Source: Myxococcales bacterium (GTDB lineage: Bacteria > Myxococcota_A > Polyangia > Polyangiales > Polyangiaceae). Taken from it: a DNA stretch of 64,000 bases. Below the pieces are notes generated by a model, which worked only from the letters and a program-made list of their open reading frames with translations, was not told the origin of the DNA and made no database searches. Below are positions 18,249-27,561 of this stretch, piece by piece. Every line of letters starts with the position of its first letter. The stretch's first letter is position 1. The stretch covers positions 63,270-127,269 of the forward strand of contig JAYTOU010000037.1 of NCBI GenBank assembly GCA_043747615.1. The letters run 5' to 3'. Made by a program: the position numbers and the translations under genes.

Positions 18249-19819
18249 GCGTAACCATCTTCTGCGAGAAGGCCGTCCGCCTCACGCGGTCCCCAGGTTC
18301 CCGCCGCATACGTGGCGATGGTGGCCTTACGGTCTTGTTCCCAGTGCTCGAGGAGCGGATCGATGACCCGCCAGGCGGCCTCGACCTCGTCGCTGCGTGT
18401 GAAGAGCGTGGCGTCTCCGATCATGCAGTCGAGAAGGAGGGTTTCGTACGCGGGGTGAACTTCGCTCCCGAAGGCATCGGCGTAGGAGAAGTTCATCTCC
18501 ACCGGCGTGATCTCGATTCCGGGGGTGAGGGCCATGGCCGCGCCGGGAATTTTCACCTCGAAGCCGAGCGACACGCCGTCGTCGGGTTGAATGCGAAGAA
18601 CGAGAACGTTCGGCACGAGCTTGTCGTCGACGTGCGGTTCGTACATGAGCCTCTGCGGCAGCTTGAACTGGATGGCGACCTCGGAGACCCTCTTTTTCAA
18701 GTGTTTTCCTGAGCGGAGATAAAAAGGAACGCCGCGCCAGCGGTCCGTGTCGACCATCAGCCGCATCGCTGCGTAGGTGGGCGTGTTGGAGGCTGCGTCC
18801 ACTCCCGGCTCCTCGCGGTAGCCGATGCATCCTCGTCCGCCGATCTCACCGGCGGTGTACTGGGCTCGCACAGCGGAGGCCGCGCCGTCCACGACGAGCG
18901 GCTCGATCGCGCGGAGGATGCGCACCTTCTCGTCGCGAATGGCGTCTGCCGTGGGAGCCACCGGGGGATCCATGGCCGTCAACGCGAGGAGCTGGAGAAG
19001 ATGGTTTTGGAACATGTCTCGCACGACGCCTGCATGCTCGTAGTACCCGCCGCGCCCTTCGAGCCCCACGGTCTCGGCCGCGGTGATCTGGACGTGCGCG
19101 ATGTGCTCGCGATTCCACAAGGCCTCGAAGATCGAGTTGGCGGAGCGGAAGACGAGCACGTTCTGCACCGTCTCTTTTCCGACGTAGTGATCGATACGAT
19201 AAACTTGGTGCTCCGCGAACGTGTCGAGCACGACCTTGTTGAGGACCTGCGCTGTCGGCAGGCTCGTGCCGAAGGGCTTCTCGACGACGATCCTGCGCCA
19301 CGGCCGGCGGGCGACGTCGGTGATCCGCGGGGCGACCCCGCTCTCGGCGAGGTGCTTCACGATCGGCGCGAAAATGCTCGGCGGGACGGCGAGGTACATC
19401 AGGCGGTTGCGAGTCCCCTCCGCGAGCGGCGCCTCGAACCCGGCAAGACGCCGGGCGACCTCGGCGTAGACGGTGGGCTCGGTGAGATTTCCGCTCACCC
19501 AGTGCAGACGATCGGTGAGACCGGCCCACACGGTTTCGTCGAAGTTTTTTACGTCATCGGCTTTTTCGAGGGCGTCGCGCATCATGGTGCGGAAGGACAC
19601 GTCGTCGAGCGTTTCCATGCCCACGCCGATGATCCGAAAATCCGCGGCGAGGAGCTTCTTGTGGGCGATCTGGTAAATCGCGGGCAGCAGCTTGCGCCGG
19701 GAGAGGTCACCTGCCGCGCCGAAGATGACGAGCGTGCAAGGGTCTCCGTGCATCATCGCGGCCGTCTCTACGGGCGGGTTGGGCGGACGGATCGTGGCGA
19801 TCTTTACGGGTTCGCTCAT
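18233..19819 (-). CDS. zwf: Glucose-6-phosphate 1-dehydrogenase
   Basis: IFGAAGDLSRRKLLPA, VEKPFG, YRIDHYVGKETVQN, RDMFQNHLLQ, RWRGVPFYLRSGK. Confidence 0.97.
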   Translation of the reverse strand: MSEPVKIATIRPPNPPVETAAMMHGDPCTLVIFGAAGDLSRRKLLPAIYQIAHKKLLAADFRIIGVGMETLDDVSFRTMMRDALEKADDVKNFDETVWAGLTDRLHWVSGNLTEPTVYAEVARRLAGFEAPLAEGTRNRLMYLAVPPSIFAPIVKHLAESGVAPRITDVARRPWRRIVVEKPFGTSLPTAQVLNKVVLDTFAEHQVYRIDHYVGKETVQNVLVFRSANSIFEALWNREHIAHVQITAAETVGLEGRGGYYEHAGVVRDMFQNHLLQLLALTAMDPPVAPTADAIRDEKVRILRAIEPLVVDGAASAVRAQYTAGEIGGRGCIGYREEPGVDAASNTPTYAAMRLMVDTDRWRGVPFYLRSGKHLKKRVSEVAIQFKLPQRLMYEPHVDDKLVPNVLVLRIQPDDGVSLGFEVKIPGAAMALTPGIEITPVEMNFSYADAFGSEVHPAYETLLLDCMIGDATLFTRSDEVEAAWRVIDPLLEHWEQDRKATIATYAAGTWGPREADGLLAEDGYAWRTP

Positions 19820-20076
19820 AGTGGCTTGGGCATGATACCCAGAGTTCAAGAGCTTTCTCGGAACGTTTTGTATTCCCTCCGCGCGGGCTCGAACCGGACG
19901 CATTGGGCAAGTAAGAACAAGAAGTTGATGCTGGCGACACGGATCCGGTGTCGAGGCCGCGTCAGCCCTAAAGGCCCCGAGGCTTGCTAGGTCGATTACG
20001 ACGATGATACGCGCCGCCAGCGGCAAAGACGCCGATCGACGTCGTGAGCTTGGGTAGCTATAACTAAGGTCCAACG

Positions 20077-20700
20077 ATGTCGGAACCGCGCTTCCTGATC
20101 GTCGAAGATGACGAGGCCGTCGCGCGCAGCCTTGCGCGGTGGGTCAATCCGATTGGTCCCGTCGAATGCGTGGGTACGGTCGCCGACGGATGCGCGGCGC
20201 TGGCTTCGAAGGACTGGGCCGGGCTTATCATCGATCTTACCTTGCCGGACGGCTCCGGATTCGAGGTTCTCGCGTACGCGAGGGCTCGCAATCAGGCAAT
20301 CCCCGCGCTGATCCTCACCGGTCATCTCAATCGCGATTTCGCGAATCGAAGCTTCGACCTCGGCGCGGGCTACGTCGTCAAGCCGATCGAGAAAGCGCAG
20401 CTCCAGGCCTTCGCGCGGCACGGACGATTGTCCTCCCCTGAACCGGGTCGGAGCCTCAATTGCGGCGCCGGGCTGGTCATCGAAGAGTGGGGAGTGCGTC
20501 ACGGCCTCACCGCCATCGAGAAGGACATCTTGGCGCAAGGCGTTCGGGGATCGACCCGGGCCGAGATCGCAGCGATGCGCGGCACCACGGAGTCGACCGT
20601 CAAGAGCCAGATCGCCAGTCTCAAGAAAAAAACGAATGATCAGACGCTCCGCCACGCCGTCGTGCGGGTTCTCCGCGAGGCCGTCCAGCGCGAGCGCTGA
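20077..20700 (+). CDS. Response regulator, receiver + LuxR-like HTH
   Basis: LIVEDD, IIDLTLPDG, LTG, KP; LTAIEKDIL...EIAAMRGTTESTVKSQI. Confidence 0.88.
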   Translation: MSEPRFLIVEDDEAVARSLARWVNPIGPVECVGTVADGCAALASKDWAGLIIDLTLPDGSGFEVLAYARARNQAIPALILTGHLNRDFANRSFDLGAGYVVKPIEKAQLQAFARHGRLSSPEPGRSLNCGAGLVIEEWGVRHGLTAIEKDILAQGVRGSTRAEIAAMRGTTESTVKSQIASLKKKTNDQTLRHAVVRVLREAVQRER

Positions 20701-20720
20701 CCGTCTATAGTCTGCGGGAG

Positions 20721-22010
20721 ATGAAGGCAAAGACCCTGGCGCAACGGGTTGGGGTCGGCGGCGCCGTCGGCGTGGTCTGCGGCGTGGCGTCCGCTCTCTT
20801 TCTCGCGGCCCTGGAGCGCGCCACCGACTTTCGGAATGTGCACGAAGAGATCGTCTACTGCCTCCCCCTTGCCGGGATCATCATCGGCCTCGCCTACGAA
20901 CGCTGGGGCAAAGCAATCAGCGGCGGCAACAACCTCGTTCTCGATTCGATGCACGCAGCCGGCGCGGCGGGCGAGCGCGTCGACGGCTCCGCGCAGCTCC
21001 CGATTCGCATGGCGCCGATGGTGCTCGTCGGCACGGTTCTCACTCACCTCTTTGGTGGAAGCGCCGGTCGCGAAGGTACCGCCGTCCAGATGGGAGCGAG
21101 CCTCGCCGACGAGATCTCGCATCGCCTGAGGGTGAGCAAGGAAACGCGGCGTCAGCTCCTCGCGGCAGGCATCGCCGGCGGCTTCGGGTCCGTCTTCGGG
21201 ACGCCGGTGGCGGGTGCGATCTTTGGCCTGGAGGTCGCTTGCATCGGACACGTGGAGTATCGCGCGCTCCTCCCGGCGCTCGTCGCGTCGGTGGTCGGCG
21301 ACTATGTGACCCGGCACCTCGGCGTCGTTCACACCGCCTACCCCGCATCTCCGTATGTCGCGCTCACGGTGAGCGTCTTCGCCAAGCTTTGCATCATCGC
21401 GCTCGCCATGGCGCTCGCCGCTGTCGCCTTCATCGAGCTGACGCGCGGCTTGAAGCGTTTTCTCGAGCGCCGCATCAAACGTCTTCCACTCCGGATGTTC
21501 GCCGGAGGCCTCACCGTCGTGATCATGTGGAAGCTCCTCGGAACGAGCGACTATCTCGGCCTCGGCGTTCCCATGATCCTTCGCGCCTTTTCGGATCCGA
21601 GTCTCCCCGCGTACGCCTTCGCCGCCAAGCTCGTGCTCACCGCGGTCACCTTGGCGAGCGGGTTCGTCGGGGGCGAGGTGACGCCCCTCTTTTTCATTGG
21701 AGCCACGTTGGGAAGCGTCGTTGCCCGCTCGCTCGGCCTCCCCATCGCCCTCGGTGCCAGCGTGGGGCTCGCCGCCGTTTTTGGCGCGGCCGCGAACACG
21801 CCGATTGCCCTGTCCATCATGGCTGTCGAGCTCTTCGGAGGCTTCGTGTTTCCTCACGTGGTGATCGTTTCAGCGCTCGCCTACCTACTGTCAGGGCACC
21901 GCGGCATCTACTCCTCGCAGCGCATCGCCCGCAGAAAGCACGGAGGCAAGCCATTCGACAAAACGATCACCTTGGCCGAGCACGAAGCGCGCTCCCGAGA
22001 ACCACGATGA
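20721..22010 (+). CDS. CLC family anion transporter, CLC-F (fluoride/proton antiporter) type
   Basis: CLC-F signature motifs GNNLV, GREGT and GEVTP all present. Confidence 0.88.
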   Translation: MKAKTLAQRVGVGGAVGVVCGVASALFLAALERATDFRNVHEEIVYCLPLAGIIIGLAYERWGKAISGGNNLVLDSMHAAGAAGERVDGSAQLPIRMAPMVLVGTVLTHLFGGSAGREGTAVQMGASLADEISHRLRVSKETRRQLLAAGIAGGFGSVFGTPVAGAIFGLEVACIGHVEYRALLPALVASVVGDYVTRHLGVVHTAYPASPYVALTVSVFAKLCIIALAMALAAVAFIELTRGLKRFLERRIKRLPLRMFAGGLTVVIMWKLLGTSDYLGLGVPMILRAFSDPSLPAYAFAAKLVLTAVTLASGFVGGEVTPLFFIGATLGSVVARSLGLPIALGASVGLAAVFGAAANTPIALSIMAVELFGGFVFPHVVIVSALAYLLSGHRGIYSSQRIARRKHGGKPFDKTITLAEHEARSREPR

Positions 22011-22041
22011 CCAGCGCCGTTTCCCGCTTATCATGCTCGCC

Positions 22042-23262
22042 ATGCGCCTGCTGATCGCCGACAAATTTCCAGAGCCGTACGTAGCTGCCTTCGGAGCCCT
22101 CGGCCTTCGCGTCGACTACCAGCCCGATCTGAGCGCGGAGGCGCTTGCCGCCGCCACGACCGACGCCCAAGTCCTGGTCGTCCGCAGCACGAAGGTGACG
22201 CGCCGAACGATCGAGAAGGCGAAGAAGCTCGAGCTCATCATTCGTGCCGGGGCAGGCTACGACACCATCGACGTCGAGGCGGCGAGCGAGCGCGGCATCT
22301 ACGTCGCCAACTGTCCTGGCAAGAACAGCATCGCCGTCGCCGAGCTGGCCATGGGTCTCATGCTCGCGCTCGACCGCCGGATCGTAAAAAACAGCGTCGA
22401 TCTAAGGGCCGGAAAGTGGAACAAGAAAGAGTACAGTAAGGCCGACGGTCTCAAGGGAAAGACGATCGGCATCTGCGGAATGGGAGCCATTGGACAGGCC
22501 GTCGCCAAGCGCGCCCAAGCCTTCGAGATGCGGGTGATCACCTGGACGGACATGCTTGGCGCAGAGGGGGCAGCGGATCTCGGCGTCAGTCTCTGCGACA
22601 GCCACTTGGATCTCGCGGCGCAGGCAGACATCGTGAGCGTGCATCTCCCCCAGACCGTGCACACGAAGAAGCTCTTCGGGGCCGAATTTTTCGCGCGGAT
22701 GAAGAACGACGCCATCTTCATCAACACGAGCCGCGGCGGCCTCCACGACGAAAAGGCGCTCCTCGCAGCGATGAAGGAGAAGGGCCTGCGCGTCGGACTC
22801 GATGTATTCGAGTCGGAGCCCGAGGAAGCGACGGCCGATTTCGTGGCCGAGATTTGCAACCAGCCCGGCTTCATCGGGACCCATCACATTGGCGCCTCCA
22901 CCGAGCAGGCCCAGAACGCCATCGCCGCCGAGAGCGTGCGCTTATGTCGAGAGTTCGTGAGCACCGGGCAGCTCGCGAGCGCGGTGAACATCCAGCGCCA
23001 CTCCGTCGCCAACGTGCAGCTCGTCGTGCGGCATTACGACAAAGTTGGGGTGCTCGCCGCCGTGCTCGGCGTCATCCGGAACCACGGAGTGAACATCGAG
23101 GAGATGACGAACACGATCTTCGCCGGAGCGAAGGCGGCCGTCGCCGTGCTCAGACTGTCGGGCACGCCGACCGCCACGCTGATCGAGGAGATCGCCAAGC
23201 TCGAAGGCCAGGTCATTCAGGTGGAAGCGAAAGACCCCTCTGCGATGACGGCGGGCACATGA
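22042..23262 (+). CDS. serA: D-3-phosphoglycerate dehydrogenase-like 2-hydroxyacid dehydrogenase with ACT domain
   Basis: RAGAGYDTID, GMGAIG, NTSRG, LDVFESEP, HIGASTEQAQ, C-terminal ACT (HYDKVGVLA). Confidence 0.8.
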   Translation: MRLLIADKFPEPYVAAFGALGLRVDYQPDLSAEALAAATTDAQVLVVRSTKVTRRTIEKAKKLELIIRAGAGYDTIDVEAASERGIYVANCPGKNSIAVAELAMGLMLALDRRIVKNSVDLRAGKWNKKEYSKADGLKGKTIGICGMGAIGQAVAKRAQAFEMRVITWTDMLGAEGAADLGVSLCDSHLDLAAQADIVSVHLPQTVHTKKLFGAEFFARMKNDAIFINTSRGGLHDEKALLAAMKEKGLRVGLDVFESEPEEATADFVAEICNQPGFIGTHHIGASTEQAQNAIAAESVRLCREFVSTGQLASAVNIQRHSVANVQLVVRHYDKVGVLAAVLGVIRNHGVNIEEMTNTIFAGAKAAVAVLRLSGTPTATLIEEIAKLEGQVIQVEAKDPSAMTAGT

Positions 23263-23292
23263 CGATCATAGGCACGGTGCTAGGCTCGGCGC

Positions 23293-23511
23293 ATGCACGA
23301 AGCCGATGACCTCGTCACCGTCATGAAGTTCCCGAGCCCGGTCGACGCCGAGATCGCCAAAAGCCGCCTCGAGAGCGAAGGGATCCCCGCGTTTCTCGGC
23401 AACGAGATCGCGTCGGGCCTGATGCCGTTCCTCAGCTCGGGCCTCGGCGGCGTCTCGCTGCAAGTCGCTCAGCACGACGTCGAGCGCGCAAAGGAAATTC
23501 TCGCCCTCTGA
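23293..23511 (+). CDS. DUF2007 / putative signal-transducing protein
   Basis: AEIAKSRLESEGIPAFL...VSLQVAQHDVERAKEIL. Confidence 0.8.
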   Translation: MHEADDLVTVMKFPSPVDAEIAKSRLESEGIPAFLGNEIASGLMPFLSSGLGGVSLQVAQHDVERAKEILAL

Positions 23512-23659
23512 GTCGCGGCTGCGATGATCTCGGAGCCAAGGCCCTGGAAGGCAGTCGATGTCGTCGCGTCTCACCTGGTCACCTGCGTTGCCACCTAAAT
23601 TCCGGCGGCGTCGTCGCGGGATCGTCGTATCCTTTACGAGGGGGTCGTAGGGGCGAAGG

Positions 23660-24265
23660 ATGGAATACACACTCGGATATTCTCTTCGCCCGGGCAGATC
23701 GGCCGACGCACGTTCCGTCCGCAAGATATTTCTCGCCGCCCTCGCTGAGCACGGATTCGCGCGCTCGGAGGCGAACGTCAATGCGGAGATCCCGACGTTC
23801 GGGCTGGGTGATCCGAAAAGAGTCGACCTCGTCGTTGCCTACGGCGGGCGGGTAGTGGGCTTCGCCATCGTCCTTCCCATGGCGGCACGCACGGGCGAGC
23901 TGGCGAAGCTCTTCGTAGCACCTTCGCATCGCGTCCGCGGAGTTGCGACCATGCTCTTGAACGCAGCCATCAACTCTGCGAGGGCGCGGGGATACGGCAC
24001 TCTGTTTCTCGAAACGCGCATCGAGTTCGAGCGCGCGCTTCGTTTCTACGAGAGCCGTGGCTGGGTCTCCGATCCGGTGACTGCGGGATCGCCGCTGAGG
24101 ACGTATCAGCTCGAGCTCGTGGATGCTTGGTCGCGCTCGTTGGCTGCCGCGCCCGTCGCCGCTCACTCCAGTTTTTGGACGGCAGTCTTGCCGACCTTGC
24201 TCGACTTCTTACGCAGGGCTACCCAGGTCGAAGAGCGCTTGAGCCGGAAAATCAAGACGCTCTGA
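23660..24265 (+). CDS. GNAT family N-acetyltransferase
   Basis: LFVAPSHRVRGVATMLL, LFLET, ALRFYESRGW. Confidence 0.85.
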   Translation: MEYTLGYSLRPGRSADARSVRKIFLAALAEHGFARSEANVNAEIPTFGLGDPKRVDLVVAYGGRVVGFAIVLPMAARTGELAKLFVAPSHRVRGVATMLLNAAINSARARGYGTLFLETRIEFERALRFYESRGWVSDPVTAGSPLRTYQLELVDAWSRSLAAAPVAAHSSFWTAVLPTLLDFLRRATQVEERLSRKIKTL

Positions 24266-25171
24266 CTACTTTGTCCACCGACCTGCGAGTGCGGTTGACC
24301 CGCCCATGCCATAGGAAATCGTAAAATCTGCAGGGCCTGCTGCGTTGGTGTTGCGAAAGGAGAAGTCCGGCGCGACGAAGAATCCGACGGTGTCGATCCC
24401 CTTTGCCGTCCAGTCGCCGGCGATCGGCATTCCACCGCCGACGCCGAACGTGAAGACCGGAACGTTCGTCGCCGGATTGGCATCATTCGAGTTCTTCAAG
24501 AAGAAGCTCCCCTCGCTGAACCCGTACAAGCCGACGGTGTCGATGCCGTCTCCGTCCCAGTCACCGGCGAGCGGAAAGAAGATGCCCGCGTCGCTCGCGC
24601 CGAAGATGAACGTCGTGTCGGCGCCGCTGATCTGCAGGTGAAAGCTCGCCGTCGTCGGATCGTACACGCCGACAGAGTCTTTCCCACTCTTGGTCCAGTC
24701 ACCGTGCACGGGCAGACTCCCTAAGCCCGGGACGCCGAACACGATGGTGGTCGTCGGGCTTCCATTGGTGTTGGAGTTCCTGAGGAAGAAGGTCGAGGTG
24801 GTCGGGTCGTAGCTGCCGATGGTGTCGACGCCATCGCCGTCCCAGTCGCCGACGATCGGCACAACGCCGCTCGAGGCGAGGGTCGCCGTCACTTCCTCCG
24901 GTGACGCAGTGCTCGTGCGCAGATGGAACGCGAGCATCGGCGCAGACAGCTGCGCAAATCCGATGCTGTCGCGGGGACCGCCCCCACCGTCGGCTGAGCC
25001 GTCGCCGAGAATGCTTCCGTCGGAGCTCATCACATGACCATCCGCGGTGGCCCCACCGTCCGTACCTGGGCCTGCTGCCGTCGCTTGGTCGGTGCCGCAT
25101 CCCGCGCAGAACGAGCTCGCGGCGAGTGAGAGCCCCACGGCAAGCGGATGTGGCGAGCGAACGCGGTGCAT
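24266..25171 (-). CDS. Lipoprotein with FG-GAP/VCBS-like GDW repeats
   Basis: CAGC lipobox; PIVGDWDGDG, PVHGDW, PLAGDWDGDG, PIAGDW, ALAGRW repeats. Confidence 0.75.
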   Translation of the reverse strand: MHRVRSPHPLAVGLSLAASSFCAGCGTDQATAAGPGTDGGATADGHVMSSDGSILGDGSADGGGGPRDSIGFAQLSAPMLAFHLRTSTASPEEVTATLASSGVVPIVGDWDGDGVDTIGSYDPTTSTFFLRNSNTNGSPTTTIVFGVPGLGSLPVHGDWTKSGKDSVGVYDPTTASFHLQISGADTTFIFGASDAGIFFPLAGDWDGDGIDTVGLYGFSEGSFFLKNSNDANPATNVPVFTFGVGGGMPIAGDWTAKGIDTVGFFVAPDFSFRNTNAAGPADFTISYGMGGSTALAGRWTK

Positions 25172-25254
25172 TCGTAAGCTTCGCACGACTGGGCTAACTT
25201 CGCTCGACAGACCTTCGCTTCTCGCGGCGGGTCGTTCGTAGTATTCGTCGCCCC

Positions 25255-25890
25255 ATGAACAAACGTTGGGTCGGTAGAACCATGGTCGCAGCACTCACGG
25301 CCGTTTCCCTCGCTCCGTTCGCGTGCGGCGGAAGCCCCAAGCCCTCGCCGACCCCGCCTCCGCAAGGCTCGGGAATGGCGAGCGCGCCTCCGATGATGAG
25401 CGCGCCCCCGATGAACAGCACGCCTCCGATGGCAACCGCTACCGCCTCCGCGCCGCCGATGGCCTCGGCACCTGCGCCGGCATCATCCGCACCGGCCGTC
25501 CCCTCTGCCGTAGTCACCGCCCTCATGTCGCCGCTCGCCTCGAAGTTTGCGCCCGGCATGCAGCCGGAAGGTCAGCCTCTGGTTGCGAACCTCGCCGAAG
25601 GTCAACACGCCGAGATGACGGTCAACATGATCGCGGGCAAGTGCTACACGGTCATCGGCGCTTCCCCGGCAGCGTTCGGCGTAAAGACCCTCGAGCTCAA
25701 TCTCCTCACGCCCCCCTTCTTCACCATGTCTGCCGGCAAATCCTCATCGAAGACGAACGAAGCGGTCATTGGCGGCGGTACGAACCCGACCTGCCCGATC
25801 ACGCCGTTCCCTGTCCCCTACAAGATCGACGTCCTCGCCAAGAGCGGCGCCGGTCCGGTCGGCGTGCAGGTCTACTCGAAGAACAAGTGA
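25255..25890 (+). CDS. Pro/Met-rich lipoprotein, hypothetical
   Basis: Lipobox-like PFAC; SAPPM repeats; C-terminal beta domain with two Cys. Confidence 0.7.
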   Translation: MNKRWVGRTMVAALTAVSLAPFACGGSPKPSPTPPPQGSGMASAPPMMSAPPMNSTPPMATATASAPPMASAPAPASSAPAVPSAVVTALMSPLASKFAPGMQPEGQPLVANLAEGQHAEMTVNMIAGKCYTVIGASPAAFGVKTLELNLLTPPFFTMSAGKSSSKTNEAVIGGGTNPTCPITPFPVPYKIDVLAKSGAGPVGVQVYSKNK

Positions 25891-25969
25891 GCCTCGACGA
25901 CACGGCATGAGGCGCAAGTGGGGGGGCAACGGGTTCGTCTTCACCCACGGGTGAACGTGCGGCGCTCGG

Positions 25970-26194
25970 TCAACGCCCGTCTTCCCAGCGTTTGGAGAGC
26001 GAGAATGCGCGGGCGAGCGAGATGCGGTCGCGGTAGCTTGGCTCGCCACCGACCAGGGCGCTCGGAGGAGTCGACTTTGCGACGAGCGCCGTGAGCGTCT
26101 CTTCCGGGATCTCGAGGGTGACCCGTTCCGCTACGCCGAGCGGATCTTCGTTTTCGTCCAGCACTACGTCTACATCGAGCAGAAAATTCGACAT
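25970..26194 (-). CDS. Small acidic hypothetical protein
   Basis: MSNFLLDVDVVLDENED...; GGAG/GAGG upstream of ATG; fills the gap between neighbours. Confidence 0.5.
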   Translation of the reverse strand: MSNFLLDVDVVLDENEDPLGVAERVTLEIPEETLTALVAKSTPPSALVGGEPSYRDRISLARAFSLSKRWEDGR

Positions 26195-26348
26195 GAGACC
26201 TCTATCTCCGAATGACGCACTTCGTTCTTTTGCATTCGGCGCGCCACTCAAAAACACCGGAAAACAGGGCTCGCTCGCCTAACGTCATTGGTGCATGCCG
26301 CCTCGCCCGCGCACTGACGCCACGGCGGAACCCTACGCAAAGGTGGAC

Positions 26349-27557
26349 CTAGCTCGCCGCCAGTACGCCGAGCTTCTTACCGACCTTGGTGAAGGCGGCG
26401 ACCGCGCGATCGACGTGCTCCGGCGTGTGTACCGCCGAGAGCTGAACGCGGATGCGAGCCTGCCCTTTGGGAACCACCGGGAAGTAGAAGCCTATGACGT
26501 AGATGCCTTCGCTCAGCATGGCTGCGGCCATTTCCTGGGCAAGGCGGGCGTCGCCGAGCATCACCGGGACGATGGGATGAAACCCGGGCTTCAGCGTGAA
26601 TCCCGCGGCCGCCATCTTGGTGCGGAATGCCTGCGCGTTCGCCATCACCTTGTCGCGGAGGTCGCTCGTCGACGACAGAAGCTCGAGGACGGCGATGGAC
26701 GCGCCGACGATCGGGGGCGCGAGGGTGTTCGAAAAGAGGTAGGGCCGCGAGCGCTGGCGGAGGAGGTCGATGATCTCTTTTCGCCCGGTGGTGAACCCCC
26801 CAGCGGCGCCGCCGAGCGCCTTTCCGAGGGTCGAGGTGATCACGTCGACGCGCGCTTGCACCCCGCAGTGCTCGGGCGTGCCGCGGCCGGTCTTCCCTAC
26901 AAAACCCGTGGCGTGGCTATCGTCGACCATCACCATGGCGTCGTACTGGTCGGCCAGATCACAGACCCGCGCGAGGTTGGCGGTCGTCCCATCCATCGAA
27001 AAAACACCATCCGTTGCGATCATGCGGAGCCGCTTGCCTTGGGTCGCCTGGAGAGCCTTCTCGAGCTCTCCCATGTCTCCATTGGCGTAGCGGTGACGCT
27101 CGGCCTTGCAGAGGCGAATGCCGTCGATGATCGAAGCGTGATTGAGAGCGTCGGAGATGATCGCGTCTTCTTCGCCGAGGAGCGTCTCGAAGAGCCCGCC
27201 GTTGGCGTCGAAGCACGACGAGTAGAGAATGGCGTCTTCCGTGCCCAAGAACGCCGAGATCTTGCTTTCGAGGGTCTTGTGCGCGTCTTGGGTACCGCAG
27301 ATGAAACGCACCGATGACAGGCCGTAGCCGTAACGGTCGATGGCTTCGCGCGCGGCGCGTACTACCTGAGGGTGGGATGAGAGCCCGAGGTAGTTGTTCG
27401 CGCAAAAGTTGAGGACCGGCGCATCGCTGGCCGCTTGACCCACGACGCGTACTTCGGCGCCCTGAGGTGTGGTGATCAGCCGCTCTTTTTTCTCGAGCCC
27501 CGCGTCGCGGATCTCCGTGAGCGTCTGCGAGAAGATCTCTTTTGCTCTGCCGTACAT
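26349..27557 (-). CDS. kbl: Glycine C-acetyltransferase (2-amino-3-ketobutyrate CoA ligase)
   Basis: [53 protein letters not shown]. Confidence 0.96.
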   Translation of the reverse strand: MYGRAKEIFSQTLTEIRDAGLEKKERLITTPQGAEVRVVGQAASDAPVLNFCANNYLGLSSHPQVVRAAREAIDRYGYGLSSVRFICGTQDAHKTLESKISAFLGTEDAILYSSCFDANGGLFETLLGEEDAIISDALNHASIIDGIRLCKAERHRYANGDMGELEKALQATQGKRLRMIATDGVFSMDGTTANLARVCDLADQYDAMVMVDDSHATGFVGKTGRGTPEHCGVQARVDVITSTLGKALGGAAGGFTTGRKEIIDLLRQRSRPYLFSNTLAPPIVGASIAVLELLSSTSDLRDKVMANAQAFRTKMAAAGFTLKPGFHPIVPVMLGDARLAQEMAAAMLSEGIYVIGFYFPVVPKGQARIRVQLSAVHTPEHVDRAVAAFTKVGKKLGVLAAS

Positions 27558-27561
27558 GGGA

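Noticed and set aside
19820..20720. Fluoride riboswitch upstream of CLC-F
   Set aside because: No GGYGAUGG...CRCC / GCUGAUGAC pattern seen; only a weak inverted repeat at 19935-19953
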